Source of the DNA: Amoeboaphelidium protococcarum X5
Lineage: Eukaryota > Fungi > Aphelidiomycota
Length of the DNA stretch: 64,000 nucleotides
Reading direction: 5' to 3'
Assembly: GCA_023515725.1 (NCBI GenBank)
Contig: JALDTO010000237.1
Span: 62,001 to 126,000 of the forward strand
The first letter of the stretch is position 1. Every line of letters begins with the position of its first letter. Below the pieces are notes generated by a model that did not search any database, was not told the origin of the DNA, and saw only the letters and a list, made by a program, of their open reading frames with translations. Made by a program: the position numbers and the translations under genes. This document shows, piece by piece, positions 1 to 13,086 of this stretch.

Positions 1-119
1 TGCGACAGGCCGAGAGAACGATCTAATCCGTTTCTAACGCTGTGCGCATTCAATCAAACAAGTGTTACAATCGGTCAAGTTTAGTAGATATTATGATAAC
101 TGTATATCTTATACAGGCA

Positions 120-935
120 CAGAAAATTGAGAAACGTTGATAGCCGCTCCATATAAATTGCGGAAAATGCTATACAGTGTTAAATAGTAGAAATGCGAGT
201 CTCTAATGGCTGAACTTAAGACTGACTGTCTAATGTAAAATTGAAATTTATCCTAGTGTTTATGGCCATATAGAATTGTGATATTATTAAGTGCAGACCT
301 TATCGGCCTAGATTTAAGTAAAAGTATTGAAAGCTGCAAGATTTGGATTCAAAGTGTATTGCCTGGCTTCTTCTACACATGGCTATTGTGATCGGTTTTT
401 GTTTGATGAAGGTACCCACTACCAGGCTCAGGGAGTAGGCGCCTAAAGGTTTGACCAAGCCGGGATAAATTTTAGAAACGTTGATGAGTACCGTAATGAG
501 GTGAATTCAGTTCTTGATAAATGACACCTAATGGCCACTGACAATTTCTACACCGATATAAACTTGGCATACGCGTGATTTTAACGCCCGACTGATTTTA
601 TTGGCACAGTGAGAACCAATCGTCGTCAGCTACCAAAGAGTGTCTTGCAGGTTCCTTACAAAAAGAATTTGAAAAGTTGAATTTTCAAAAGGTTTTGGAA
701 TCGATGTATGCTAATGAATTAGTTCGACAAGAAGCCTGTCTGCATTCTATCGTCGGTTGGTGATGCCTAATTGCGTGATGGGAAACCTAATGTAGTGAAC
801 ATTTATAATGCTGCCATGCCTGGCGTTGACAAAAATGATTAGATGAAGTTTGGACGTAAAACAGCTAGAAGATTGCTCAAAAAGTATTATGTCATAATAT
901 ACTGCCTTAATGAATACGCGTATATCTATCAAAAG
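120..935 (+). mobile_element. Degraded piggyBac-family DDD transposase remnant
   Basis: Motifs read with frameshifts: ARFGFKVYCLAS..GY (~335-385), ATDNFYT (534-555), GTVRTNRRQLP (603-635), YNAAMPGVDKNDQM (804-845). No TTAA/TIR ends found. Boundaries approximate. Confidence 0.75.
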
Positions 936-984
936 TAAGTCCTCGGGTTTGCCCATCTGTACTAAGAATTGCTGGAGATGTTGC

Positions 985-1467
985 AATGGTTATGGTCATA
1001 GATGACTTTAAAAAACATTTACAAAGGAGATGAGATGGCGCCGTTATAAATTGGTCCATTCAAGGCTGTTCGTAGAACGCGTGGAGGATCTTATAAGTTG
1101 CTGGGTGCTGATGGTTCTGAAATCACTAGCTCGCCATCATAAATGAAGTTGGTATACATTGATCCTCTCTTACTTGGAGAACTTCATGCAGAAGTTGGTA
1201 CCATTTTGGCACATAGAGACGGTAATTGTGCTGTGTAATACCTTGTCAAATGGAAACATCGCGATGATAGTTTCAATTAATGGGTGAATGAGAAGGACTT
1301 TGATAGCCTGCAGCCTATTTAAGCTTATCGCAAAGCGTTGGTACCAAAATAAAATTCACGAAAACGTCGTTCAGGCAATTGAGCAAAACGTCAGCCGCGT
1401 AAAATTATCAATCTCATCACTAAAGTTAGTTGACATGTTCAACTATGTATTCCGTTTAGAGAGGGGG
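985..1467 (+). mobile_element. 3' fragment of a Ty3/gypsy chromovirus (integrase GPY/F module + chromodomain + polypurine tract)
   Basis: One frame with TAA=Q reads IGPFKAVRRTRGGSYKL..SPSQMK..EVGTILAHRD..QYLVKWKHRDDSFNQWVNEKDF, ending in TGA at 1380-1382. Purine tract AGAGAGGGGG at 1458-1467 is followed by TG, a probable LTR start. Confidence 0.8.
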
Positions 1468-1872
1468 TGAAATATGATATACAGTAAGGAATTGATAAAC
1501 TAGTATATTAGATAACTAAATAACAACTGATCTATATCTTTTAATTATTGACATTGCAAACCACATAGTCAGGGGTACACACGATATCATATAGATTCAT
1601 CAAAAAGAGCGTTTCTTGTTTCACATTCAGCCGCGCGGTGTGAGTATCGATGAATCAACGAGCGCGCGCTCCAAGAAGATTCGTTCCGATCGAGTCAGGC
1701 AGGCTTCAGGCAGGAGAAAACGTCAATCAATCAACGGCAGCAGAAACATATTCAAATTCAACGGTAGATCTTTCCGCATTGTTTATTTGTTTTGTTTACA
1801 ATATATCACTTTTTATAAAATCGCTTTTAATATCAACACAATAGCTGAAACAATTAATATTAATTCTAGAAT

Positions 1873-3264
1873 ATGAGTAATAATAACGAAGAGTTCAAGG
1901 ATGCTGTTCCTATCTAGGTGTAATCGACGATTATGGTTGCATCCTATGACAATGTGAAAGTGGTAGATCTATCAGAGAATGGTGCCAAGGTGGCTGAAGG
2001 TACTCTACAAGTGTGGCGAATGAATTTGGATAGTGCTACTTAGACTCAGTCTTTGTAGTAATCTTCTGGTAACCACTAGACTGTACCGATGCATCTGTTG
2101 GGAATAGCTGATACTGATTTCAGTATTCCACTGACACCGCAATCATAGGTGTATAAATAGGGCGATAACGGGTTCGTATTTCCTAATGCAGATTCTTCAT
2201 CTGCTCTATTCAAGATTGAAATATCACCATTATCAAATGATTAGAGCGGTTCTAACGCTAACAAGTAAAAGGCGGATAATGACTAGACTGACTAGTCTCA
2301 ATCTTAATAAAGCCCAGTTGAATAGTTTGAACAGTTTCTAGCGCATCACTCAAGCTATTAGCTGACTGCACATAAAGGATAGTTGGCGATTGTGGATACC
2401 ATCAGTGGTTAGATTTAGTAGATTTTGGACTCTTCTGCTTTCAAGTAGATCACAGAGTCTGTTAATGGAGTGCTGATGACAGCTAAACATGCAGTGATGA
2501 GCAAGACTGAGCCGGTAGTATTTGAAGCCAAGGATAGTGTGATGGGTATTGCTGAGAAGGTGAACCAGGAGGATGTCGATTTTACTGAGAAGGCTGTCGA
2601 TACTTCAGCTTCTGATTAGCACTAGCACAAGAGCATGATCAGATCCATGGCTGATAGTGCTGTCAAAAGTAGTATGGCTGTGAGTTCTGGTATGATATCT
2701 GCAGCTCAATATCTGGGTACGTCCATGCACTCTACTAAAGACTATTTGAAGCAGAAGATTACACCAAATGATAAAGCCACCATTGTATCGCCAATTGTGA
2801 AATCTTACGTGAAGTTTTTGCGTTCCGGCACCTAAAGTATCGGATACGTAACTCGTCAGTTCACCAAGGTTGTGGTGTATAGCTCAGAGCAATTTGGTAA
2901 TATGCTAATGAGTGCCACCGGGATAGGTAGAGCTAGTCAGTAGAGAACTGATTTCTGGTACGCTATGGCTCAATCAATGGTGGCTGCGTCTAACGTGATG
3001 AGCGGCGTTGAGCAGAGTGTTCGTATAATTACGGAGGAGTCGGGAAAAGCTACCATTGAGCTGATTACTCATAGATATGGTGATGATGCAGGATAATTTG
3101 CTGGAGAGGTTGTTGGAATTGGTCAGGATCTTGTGCTGGTTTACTTTGATGCTTAGGGGCTGTCGCGTAGAGTCATTATCAAGAATGCAGCCAAAGGTAT
3201 CCTCAAGGTGCAGAAATAGAAGTTAGTTGACGCCGACTAGCTTATCGTTTAAAAGACTGAATGA
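1873..3264 (+). CDS. Senescence/spartin (SPG20-like) domain protein
   Basis: Single ATG..TGA frame under TAR=Gln. C-terminus GVEQSVRIITEESGKATIELITHRYGDDAG..GQDLVLVYFDAQGLSRRVIIK is typical of the Senescence domain. Confidence 0.75.
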
Positions 3265-3425
3265 ATTACTATTGATAGTGGGCCATGAGATGATTATATT
3301 ATATATCTGATTGAACATTTTACTGCGGTTTAAGAAGAAAAAACTTGAGCTTTTACATTACTAAACCACATACTTATATTTACAATTACATTCTGACATC
3401 TTCATAAACAGTCCTTGTATTAAAA

Positions 3426-5822
3426 TCAATAACTGGAGGTGACATTGGATCGTAATCGAGCACTTCTACGGACAGGAGCATCCGAACTCAAGTCAATTTT
3501 ACGTTACGGTTTCTTCTTGGTAGCGGTAGCTTTTAAATTGGCAGATGTTCCCTTCTTGGAATTTACAGAGGACGGAATCGCCGTAGCTTCTGACTTTAAA
3601 TTCTTCACTGCAGATTCCGCTTTACATTTCTTGGTCGCTCTAGATCTAGTCACGGGCTTTCTAATCACTGGCTCTTCATTAATCTCCTCAGAAGATTCTT
3701 CGCCGTTATTCTAGACCGCAGTTTTGACATCAGCCTACTTTTGATTCTTTGCGGGAAGATTCTCCTTTGCATTTGCGATATCTTCCGGATCAATGGAGCC
3801 ATCATCTTTCTACTCCAACGGATCGTCAACCAACGGCTAGGACTCACGACTGTTATCTTCATCGCCATCTTCTGCTTAATCAACTTTAGCAGTATTCAGC
3901 TCAATCTATTCTTCTTGAGTTTCATTGACCTTTTCAGCGACATCAGCATTATACTTCTCACTATCCTCTAGCACTATTTCATCACTAACATTAACCTACT
4001 CGAAACTACATACTTCTTCAACCTGCGAAGACTAGTTCACTACAACAATTGATTCAACAACGTTCTAATTACTAGCAACGACAGTCTCATATTCTTATAC
4101 TGCTGCCTCAACAGGAGCCTCACATTCAGGAATAGTTTGAATTGATTGACGATCGGAATCAATATCCTTTTCTGGTACCACTTCAACACTTGCTACAGCA
4201 TCTTTATCACATTCATCATTATCAATTTCAGATAAAATCTCAGGAGAAGCATCCAACTATTGATTCTCCTATGAGACTATATACGCAACTGCGATCTATT
4301 CAGAGGAAGCCTTCTCAACGATCTATACAGAATCTGTCTTCTCTTCGGAATCCTCCACAATTGAATCCACGCGGGGACCTTCTTTCACTTTGGATTCCTT
4401 CTTCACAGCCAACTTGAGATCAATCTTCAAACTAGACGTTTAAATCACAGACTGACGACTCTTTGCCTTCTCTTTTGAGACAGCAATTGATGACATTCGA
4501 CCTTTACGACAACGAAGAGACCCACGACGAGGAGACAGTAATAAGTCTGGTAAATTGGTAGAAGTCTAAGCTGGTGGTGGGGACTACGGTTATAATGCAG
4601 AGCTCGAAAAATCAGGCAGAATTTCCTAGTTATCAATATCCTGAGTAGGCTTTTCCGACTGATCGATACACTTTTCAGCCTCGCCATGTTCTTCCGCAAT
4701 CTCTGACAATGTCATTGTCTTGTCAGCTTTCGCGTCCAACTAATTCTATTCATTTTTAGAATCTTCAGCAACCATTGGAAAGAAACTAACATCCGCAACA
4801 TCATCATTCAAAGCTATGGAGTCATTGTCTAACATTTTCAGATTAGCATCAGGGCTGTTAAAGACATTGTTATGCAAATCATCAGTATCGTGAATAGATG
4901 GAGATTCCTTGATTGGCACCAATTTGCGAACAAGAGGACTTGCGCAAGATTGTGGTTTATGTTGAAAACTACCACCAGCTGACTGAGTACGATCGATTAC
5001 AGCTTTTGCTGATCCAGATGGAGTCTTGCGCTTCTTATGAGGAGACAGAATATCTGGAGTCTTTACAACCTTGACTAATTTTCTATCAGATTTCGGTGTC
5101 TTTTTCGGGCTGAATAACAATTTTTCAACTGGATTATCCGCTATGACTTTTACATCTGAAACCGTAGGAGGTGTAGTGGATCTATCATTTTAAGAGCCCG
5201 AGGCAAAGGATAACGTCTAACTCATTCTGACGCTCTTCTTTACGTTTTGTTCTCCAGCTGTTTGATTAGAGTCCTTCTACAGTGGTTATTGACCAGATGA
5301 TGATGATGATTATGATGACTTTACAGATGATAGAATAGAAGTGAGATCCTTTTTAACAGTCGAGTAATGACTGCCAAGAGTCATGGATGGTCTTCTCATC
5401 TTCTTTACACTAGTCTTTGCATGAGCCATGTTGCGTCTAGGAAGGGACTGAGGAGCATTCTGGGTCACCACCTTTGATTCAGGATAACAGAATACAAAAC
5501 TGCGTTCACAAATCTTAAAAACAGAGCCATCTTTGACAATCTCTGAGTGTTCCACCAACTAACCATCCAGCCATGTATCAAACTTGCCCTTCTTGGTCAA
5601 CACGGCCTTCCCATCCTGATTCACAGTAAGTGTTGCATGTATGTCATCAACGCCAGGCAACATGATACGAATATCTGCATTCTCACTCTTACCAAAAACT
5701 AAATCTGGACTATCTATAGCCAGTCCTTTCCCATGTGATCCATCCCTGCGAATAATGAAGATGTATCCCCAAATAGTTTATTAGGGAGAATGCTGCAGGG
5801 ACATACTCTGACTTGAACTCAT
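3426..5822 (-). CDS. FHA-domain protein with Ki-67-like N-terminus and long low-complexity charged tail (798 aa)
   Basis: 799 codons ATG..TGA. N-terminus WGYIFIIRRDGSHG..LVFGKSENADIRIMLPGVDDIHA..KDGSVFKICERSF. Track ORFs 5310-5558 and 4746-5120 are in this frame. Confidence 0.7.
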
Positions 5823-6146
5823 AATTATTTAGATAATACTAGAATACACGAATATCAAGAATATAATTATAATACTATTACTACCACTAAGTCAGAAACA
5901 CAATTGCTTCAAGGTGAAGAAAGTTAAAAGATGAAACTGACTGAAATGACTGACCGAGTGAAACGGAAACAAAACAATTAATTCCATCCAGATGAGAACA
6001 GAAAGTGAAAGTGAAACGATAGGCATCGATCTACGAGACGACGAGAGAAATAAATACTCATCGATTGTATATCTCAAACACTTGAGTCATCCTATTAACG
6101 TACACACTATTACAAACTCATTAAATTTAAGGTATATGGTAAAAAT

Positions 6147-7178
6147 TCATCCAATATTGCTTCCCTTATTGCCCCAGCCTTTAGGATTGTCTTCTTTGAA
6201 CTGATCCCAAGATATAGCCTTCTAGCGTGCAGCTTCATCGTACTATAAAATGTCTTCGTCTTCTTCAGTTTTCTACGCATCTTATGATGAGTCATTCTAT
6301 GACAAGATGTTGCCGCGTGCTCTTTCATTTTCTAGGTACTAATCGATAGACATTGTAGGTAGATTGTGGCCTGGACGAAACACTTATTTTTACAATTCAT
6401 TACGACTCGTAATCACGAACGGACGCAATGGTTTGCCTTCTCTGGACAACAACGGTCCTGATTATGGAGTTAAAGACTCTGAGAACTGCGCTGAGCCGTC
6501 TTATTACTTTTAATGGAAACGATTACTAGAATCTTCCATCTTCTGCTTGATGAGTTGAATTTCATCGTCAATCATCTACAAGAGCGCGCAACTTTCAATG
6601 GTCACGTACTTTATCCACTTGGTACGTATAAAGTCCCGTCTATGCTCTTCATCAACACTAGTATTGAGTGCAGAGAGATCACTAATTTACTATTCCAGCA
6701 ACTTTTTAGCCTTAAATTATGCAATTTTGTCCTCCCTGGATACATTTGCTGGCTTTGAACGCTATAAATCTTAAAAATTGGCGTCATCTACTAGCTTATA
6801 GGACTATATCCATTCTAAGCCTTGTAAAACAATCGACTTAGAGTCGTTCAAAACACTCAAACGCGTCTTATTGCGCACTTGTTCATCTATCTAAACATCT
6901 GTGGCAGACAATAAATGGCCATGAGAGGTGAGAGAATAACCAGCAATAAAATAAACCACCAAACATAGCATGGATTAAGTACTCAAATCCAGCGCCTCCT
7001 CATTGACAGAAAACAGACCAGCACGTTCCACACTCCTGTGCACATCCACAGCTTACTTGACCAACTCTTCTTCTTTACCGGGCAACTAATCTAAAATCAC
7101 AACATCGACATACAGCTAAATCAGCCCCGTAACTCTGCTAATTAAAGGAACGCCAACATATTACTAATCTTGTAGCAT
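6147..7178 (-). CDS. TAP42: TAP42/alpha4 (IGBP1) PP2A regulatory protein
   Basis: Motifs GLFSVNEE, SREDKIAQFK, GPLLSREGKPLRPFVIT, VFRPGHNLPTMSIDQYLE, WDQFKEDNPKGWGN. 344 codons ending TGA. Confidence 0.92.
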
Positions 7179-7755
7179 TTTTTTATAAGAGTATTAAGAT
7201 ATAAATAAAGCACGTACGAAGAGAAACAAAATAGGTTTTATGGTAAAGTTACGAAAAGCAATACTATGGCGCGAGAAAATGAGGCCGAGATTAAAGGCGG
7301 CCAAACGACCGTTAACGTTCGTCTGCTTGCGAAGTGTACAAATAATGTGAATTAAATATTTATAACTGAGAGTGAGTGCTAAAGCATTGGAACGGAGAAT
7401 TAAAAGGTACACCGTTTCAGCGTGTTACACCAACATTCAATTTCAATCAGCGAGACTAATCAGAGCGCCGCGTTGAATTGCCGATAAATTGCGAGCAGAC
7501 GATATCAGTTGGTGTTGTTGTTGTTGTTGTTTGCCCGCCGTTGTTTCAACTTTTGACGATTCGTTTGATTCCTTTCTAATTTCAACAACAGCAACAGCAT
7601 TGTTATTATTATAAATTCATCTAGTCTGTCATTGTCAATATCTGAATTACTAATAATTGCTCATTGTACCAAGTTCATCTATTCTCAGGTAATTGTTAGT
7701 AGAATTTATCCGCGATTCAAGTTGAAATCTAAACACTCAGACTATTTATCAGAAA

Positions 7756-10464
7756 ATGTCATCAAATATTAGTCAGAGTAATAGTAATAATAATAATAAT
7801 AATAATAAAGATTATGATTTGCAGTAGAGTGCAGCTAAACATCACTCTGCATTGAAGGACTTTCTGCGTAGTCACTTATTGAAAGGTATGATATTACATT
7901 GATCTATATATATATTGTTCTAAGTCACTAGTTATCAACTCCAATCAATAATAATGTGTGTAGAATAAGCAGGAATATCTAGCTAGCGATAGTCGGCAAG
8001 AGATAAGTTGACTCGACTCAATGGATCTCAATTTCATGAACTGTCCACTGATGTCTATGATGAGATGAACCGACGTCTCATCCCCGGTAATGAGAATGGT
8101 GAGAAGGTTCAATTCCTGCCAGTGAATGATAGCTTTCATCAAAAGCGGAATCAGGCCAGGCAGAAGTTGGCCACTCTCAGTATGAATCGCTTCAAGGATT
8201 TGGCTTCTGATGTTTTCAGTGAGTTGGAGAGAAGGTATCCAGAGGTGCTTGAACCACAATCTGCTAATAGTTATCTAGGTGGTGGGTCTGATGCAGCTTA
8301 TAAGAGCGACGTATCGATTGCCACTTATAGCGTCAGTGAAGTGGGATCCATGGGTAATAATACTAACAGCACTAGTAAGTTGTAATAACCATCTACCACA
8401 TAAGCTGCATCGCTTGAATCTACTCCGAAGAAGCCTGATTTTGCGAAGCAGAAGAGCCAAGATTTTAATCAGACAAAGACCACCCCGTCCAATGATTCAG
8501 CTGTCTCAAAGCCAAAGTAAGCACCAAGCTCTGAGAAGAAATCTGCTTAGGGATTGAAGGATGTCACGGGAATGGTAAACTTTACGTCTCTTGATAATTT
8601 AATGGCTGATCTGGGCTCAATGATTGACAATCCATCTCCAGCTACTGATGCTGTCACGTCTCCTAGTAGTAATACTGTGCCGATTAAATCCTCTTCATCA
8701 TCTTCTCAGAAGGTAACGTCTTCACCAAAGGTGTAATAGTCTTCCGGTTAAAGTAGTAAAGAGATGGTAAAGCAGACCAGTAGTCTTCCTCTGGATGTAC
8801 AGACAAAGCCACGACTGAGTAGTCTGAACAAGGAAGATGATAATTATGGCGACAAGAGTCGATAAGTTGATGCTAAAGCGGCAGTAGCACCATCATCTAG
8901 CAGCGACATGGTTGATTCTCTGCGAAAGGAGATCAAGTAAATGTCAACTAATTTGGACAAGGCTAATGCTCAGCTTGAGGAGCAGAAAAGTGCCAGACAA
9001 AAGTTGGAGGCTGATTAAAAAGAGCTGCAACAGAGGAATAAGGATCTGATTACTAAGCTATCTGTGAATACAGAAGAGCTACAGAAGCTTGAGGCTGATA
9101 TCACTGCTTACAAACAGACCATTCAGGAGATGGATAGTAGTTTGAGTGATGCCGTGCAGAAGTAAAAAGATTTGGAAGATTAGATATCGACGTACTAAGA
9201 GTAGGTGAAATCTCTGAAAGCTGAGCTGCTGTCTAAAGAGAAGGAGTTGAAAGAGCACAAGGACAAGGTGGCAGCTGCGAAGGAGCAAATGGCCAAGAAA
9301 TCTGTCGAGCATGAGAATTTGCGGAGTGCTATTGATACCAAGGATGCTACTCTATTGAGTCTGTCTGATGAGATTGAGGCTTTGAACAAGTAGCTGTCTG
9401 ATTATAAGAAGGGCAAGAACAGTGGTGCTTCTAAGAAGGAGCAGTCTGAAGAATTGTTGGATGCTCTGGATTTGAATAACATGTCCCTGTTTGATCATCA
9501 AGGCCGCTTCTCCACCTCGGTGCTGATTTTCTTTAAGATGGATCTGAAGAATATGCTCACTTATGGTAAAGATAAAGACGCATAAGGGCTTGCCATTTCC
9601 GCGAGATCAATTGTCACCTCATGTAAAGCCATAATGGATGTTGTCCAGCAGTCATCCAAGTCTGACAAGGAGCTGAGTACAATTAATAACAACATCAATG
9701 ATCATATGAATTAGCTAGTGAGTGTGAGTAAGAATTTGGTCAATGATATCACGAAAAAATTCGATGTTTCTAGCAACTATAATGCTCTCACATCTGCTGC
9801 AAAGAACCTGGTGGACTCTGTGCGAAAGGCCGTCTCCCAGTTGAAAGTCCTCGTTGATGGATCTGATGCTCACTATAAACAGTAGCTTCCATCTGCCAAT
9901 GGTGAGGAGTCTTACTCTGAAGTTGTGACGCCAATGTCTGCTGCATCTGGCAACATGAATGGCGGTGATGGCGGAAATAGTAATCATATGGAAAAGACGA
10001 TGGAGAGAGTGGTAAAGCCATCAGTGTCGGCTAAGAATGTGTTTACCGTGGAAGAGTTGAGATCTTATTTGGAGCAGTAGACAGATTTGATCGTGCAAAA
10101 CATCCAAGTGCTACTCCTGGCCATGAAGCAGTCTAATTTTGGTGCAGAATTCACAGAGTCTATCGATAATATTGGCACTGTGGTGAAAAGTTTGACCAAA
10201 GAGTCTGGTGCCACGTTGAATCAGCACTGTCACTCTGCGCAGCAGCAGAAGAAGGGCTCTGATATTCTCGATTCACTCACAATGAGCAATGTGAAGCTGA
10301 ATGAGATGGGTGTTCAGATGACACAGTCAGCCACCTCCACTTCCGAATAATAGTAATAAAAGTCATAGCAGGTGAAGCCAAGCAAACAGAAATTAGCTGC
10401 AGCTGCGTATGAAATTGCAAAGCATGTCAAGGAACTTGTGACTCTATTCGAGTCTTAGGATTGA
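7756..10464 (+). CDS. SPA2: Spa2/GIT-type polarity scaffold (two SHD repeats, coiled coil, GIT-like C-terminal domain); intron 7886-7963
   Basis: ARDKLTRLNGSQFHELSTDVYDEMNRR, RNQARQKLATLSMNRFKDLASDVFSELERRYP, and C-terminal KQKLAAAAYEIAKHVKELV. GT..AG intron. Confidence 0.85.
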
Positions 10465-10660
10465 GCAATGATGATGTTATTGCTATTACCTGGTGGATAT
10501 CTTTGGTGAGAATCAAACTGAAGTGTCTTGGTAGTGATGAATATGATGAAGATGATGTTAAAGAAAATTTGATTTAATACTACTACTCTCTTGAACTATA
10601 TACTGAACATTACCCGTCTTTCAGATAAATTGAACATGCTATATATAATCACCATAATAT

Positions 10661-11310
10661 TCAATGCCATACTTTAAGAGCAAATACTAGAGAGGCAGCG
10701 ACTCCGAGTACAATACCAGCTGACCACTTGGTGAGAAGTTCAAGCTTCATTGCCTCGAGGGAGGTCTTGAGATCACCAGCATTCAGCTAGACTCTATGCA
10801 GAATATCTTGGATTCTAATCTCATTCTTTTGCGTCTCCTACTTCATCTCAGACTTTCGTGTATTCATATCCAACTACAGGTCTGATTTAACAGTATTAAA
10901 ATCCTCTTTCCATTTCAAAGTGAGCAAGTCCAAATCTTTCTAAATGGAGGATGTCTACTACTACAACGCCGCAGTCTCTGTCTTTCTAAGCGATGCCAAC
11001 TCTACATAAACTTTCAAAAAATTTAAGAATTCAAGTATATACAGTATGTAAATAGACGTTATAAATCGATTATATATATACCTGATTTAAGTTCATGGAG
11101 GCGAACTTTATATGCAACAAAATCGTGATCAGTCTGCTGTTTCGTGACCAACTGCTGCCTGATGTTGGATGCTTCATCATCCGCCATGTTGAGTAGAACA
11201 TTGACAGCCCTGACTGATTAACTTTTACTCAGACCATTACGCTCCAAATTAGTCACCAATTTAAATGTGTCAACAATAATCTTTTATTATTTCTGTCGTT
11301 ATTACAACAT
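10661..11310 (-). CDS. DUF1640 family mitochondrial coiled-coil protein (FMP32/CCDC90/MCUR1-like); intron 11002-11081
   Basis: VDTFKLVTNLERNGLSKSQS, DLQLDMNTRK, DLKTSLEAMKLELLTKW plus a C-terminal TM helix. Confidence 0.8.
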
Positions 11311-11424
11311 TTTATCACAGATCACACACTATGCGTAAGGTGAAAGAGAAAAAGATCCACAGTACAAAATCAACAGTTATAAAAAGTATTCAGAATAGTC
11401 TAGTAAGAATAATAATAATAATAT

Positions 11425-12009
11425 TCACTTGGTCTTTACAAATCTGAGTTGGCCTGCTTGGTATTTAAAATTGTCTGCATAAGACTTGGGCGTAAACTTT
11501 GGGTACTGCGGTTCATTGACCACGTAATCCCAGCCATTCTTCATTGTGAATCGAATAGCTTCATTAACATCGTTAAACTTCAGATTCACCGCCTGCACAG
11601 GATCGTTCGTGGATGACCAGCCCATAAGTTTATTGTCCCACTTTGTATTATCCTGATCGGTGTCAAACTGGATGCGATAATACGAAGACTGCGGACCACT
11701 CTGCATCACACTCTTGGCAGCCTTGTAAATTTGAACGCGACGCCGTGTCATCTCTGGCGGCACCCCACTGGTAAGTTGAATGTCTCGATCAGCGATAATA
11801 CTCTACAAGTCATCTTTAATGTTAACTACATCAGCAGCTAGTTTTTATCCATCATCGCTATAGGTGGGCACAGAGGTGGTGCTCTTTACCACAATAGAAT
11901 CTTCTTCTCCATGATGCACAGGTGTCGGTACTTGACTGACTGCAGGCACAATTTGATTACTCTTGAATCTCTTAACCACTCCACAAACTCTATTAAACTT
12001 TAGCAGCAT
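11425..12009 (-). CDS. NDUFS4: NADH:ubiquinone oxidoreductase NDUFS4 subunit
   Basis: RRVQIYKAAKSVMQSG, WDNKLMGWSSTNDP, PKSYADNF. 195 codons with an N-terminal presequence. Confidence 0.93.
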
Positions 12010-12274
12010 ATTTATTTTAGAATTTAGATATTAATTAATAAAGAAGAGCGATGCCCTATAGATCTCTAATTAATAATAAAAATGGCTCTTTGATGTTATA
12101 GAGAAAGATAAACTAAAAGAAAGGAACGGCTCAGAGTTGCGTTGAACGACGAAAACATTGCTCAGTTTAAAAACGAACGAACGAACGATCGAACGAACGC
12201 GGTTTGAACTTTGTCTTATAAACACTATTGTTATACTGTATTAATTGTGGAAGCTGTTAATCTTTTAATCAAGT

Positions 12275-12970
12275 ATGCTTAAGGTGTTGGTGACTGTGGG
12301 AACTACGCGATTTGATTCACTCATAGATATGATTGATGAATAGTTTATACAGAGTCTTGTGCGTTTCTCTGCATGTATTTAGACGGATATTGATAACAAT
12401 CAGTAGGTAGAATCTGCGGTATAATCCATAATAGCTGATGGTGATGATCCGTTCATCGCTGCTGGTGGTACTGATTAAAATACGCTGGCTCATCTTATAG
12501 TCTAGCATGGCAAGTCGCGGCGTTCAACTTCACTGCAAGAAGAAGGGTTATGCAAAATAACATGGATCGAATATGCAGCTAGTCTCACCAACTATTTTTA
12601 GAATGCTCACTTGATTATAACTCATGCCGGATCAGGATCGATAGTGGAAGGTTTACGTGGCAGGCGTCCGGTAAAGCTTTTGAATACTTCCGGCAGAATA
12701 AAGTCTTTTTCTAATACTGCTGTATAAGATCAATTGATTAAACTGAAGCTTCTGATAAAAGTTAATGATTCTTTAATGGACAATCATTAGAGGGAACTTG
12801 CATAGAAATTGTCTCAGCAGGGAGAGTGCTGCGATATCTCTGCTGCTTCATCTCTGGCTGATGCCATCTCTGAGCTCATTCAATCTGGCGCATGGACTTA
12901 AACAGTGAGGGATTACTCTCCTTCAACACGTAGTCTTGTTGGTATCATCAACTCTTTGTATTATATCTGA
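12275..12970 (+). CDS. ALG13: UDP-GlcNAc transferase catalytic subunit
   Basis: VLVTVGTTRFDSLI, IITHAGSGSIVEGL, VNDSLMDNH(TAG=Q)RELA. Confidence 0.92.
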
Positions 12971-13086
12971 TCAATATAAAGCTATATAAAAACCAAACAA
13001 CCAAGTTCGCAATCCACTCAAGATTTCATTCAGTCAAAATCTCACTTTAACATTCACAAAGTCTCCATAACCAATTTATATTATAT

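Noticed and set aside
1462-1486. 17-nt match (AAATATGATATACAGTA) between the putative gypsy LTR start and the array spacer (~42235-42251, minus)
   Set aside because: Short and AT-rich with no extension, so compatible with chance.
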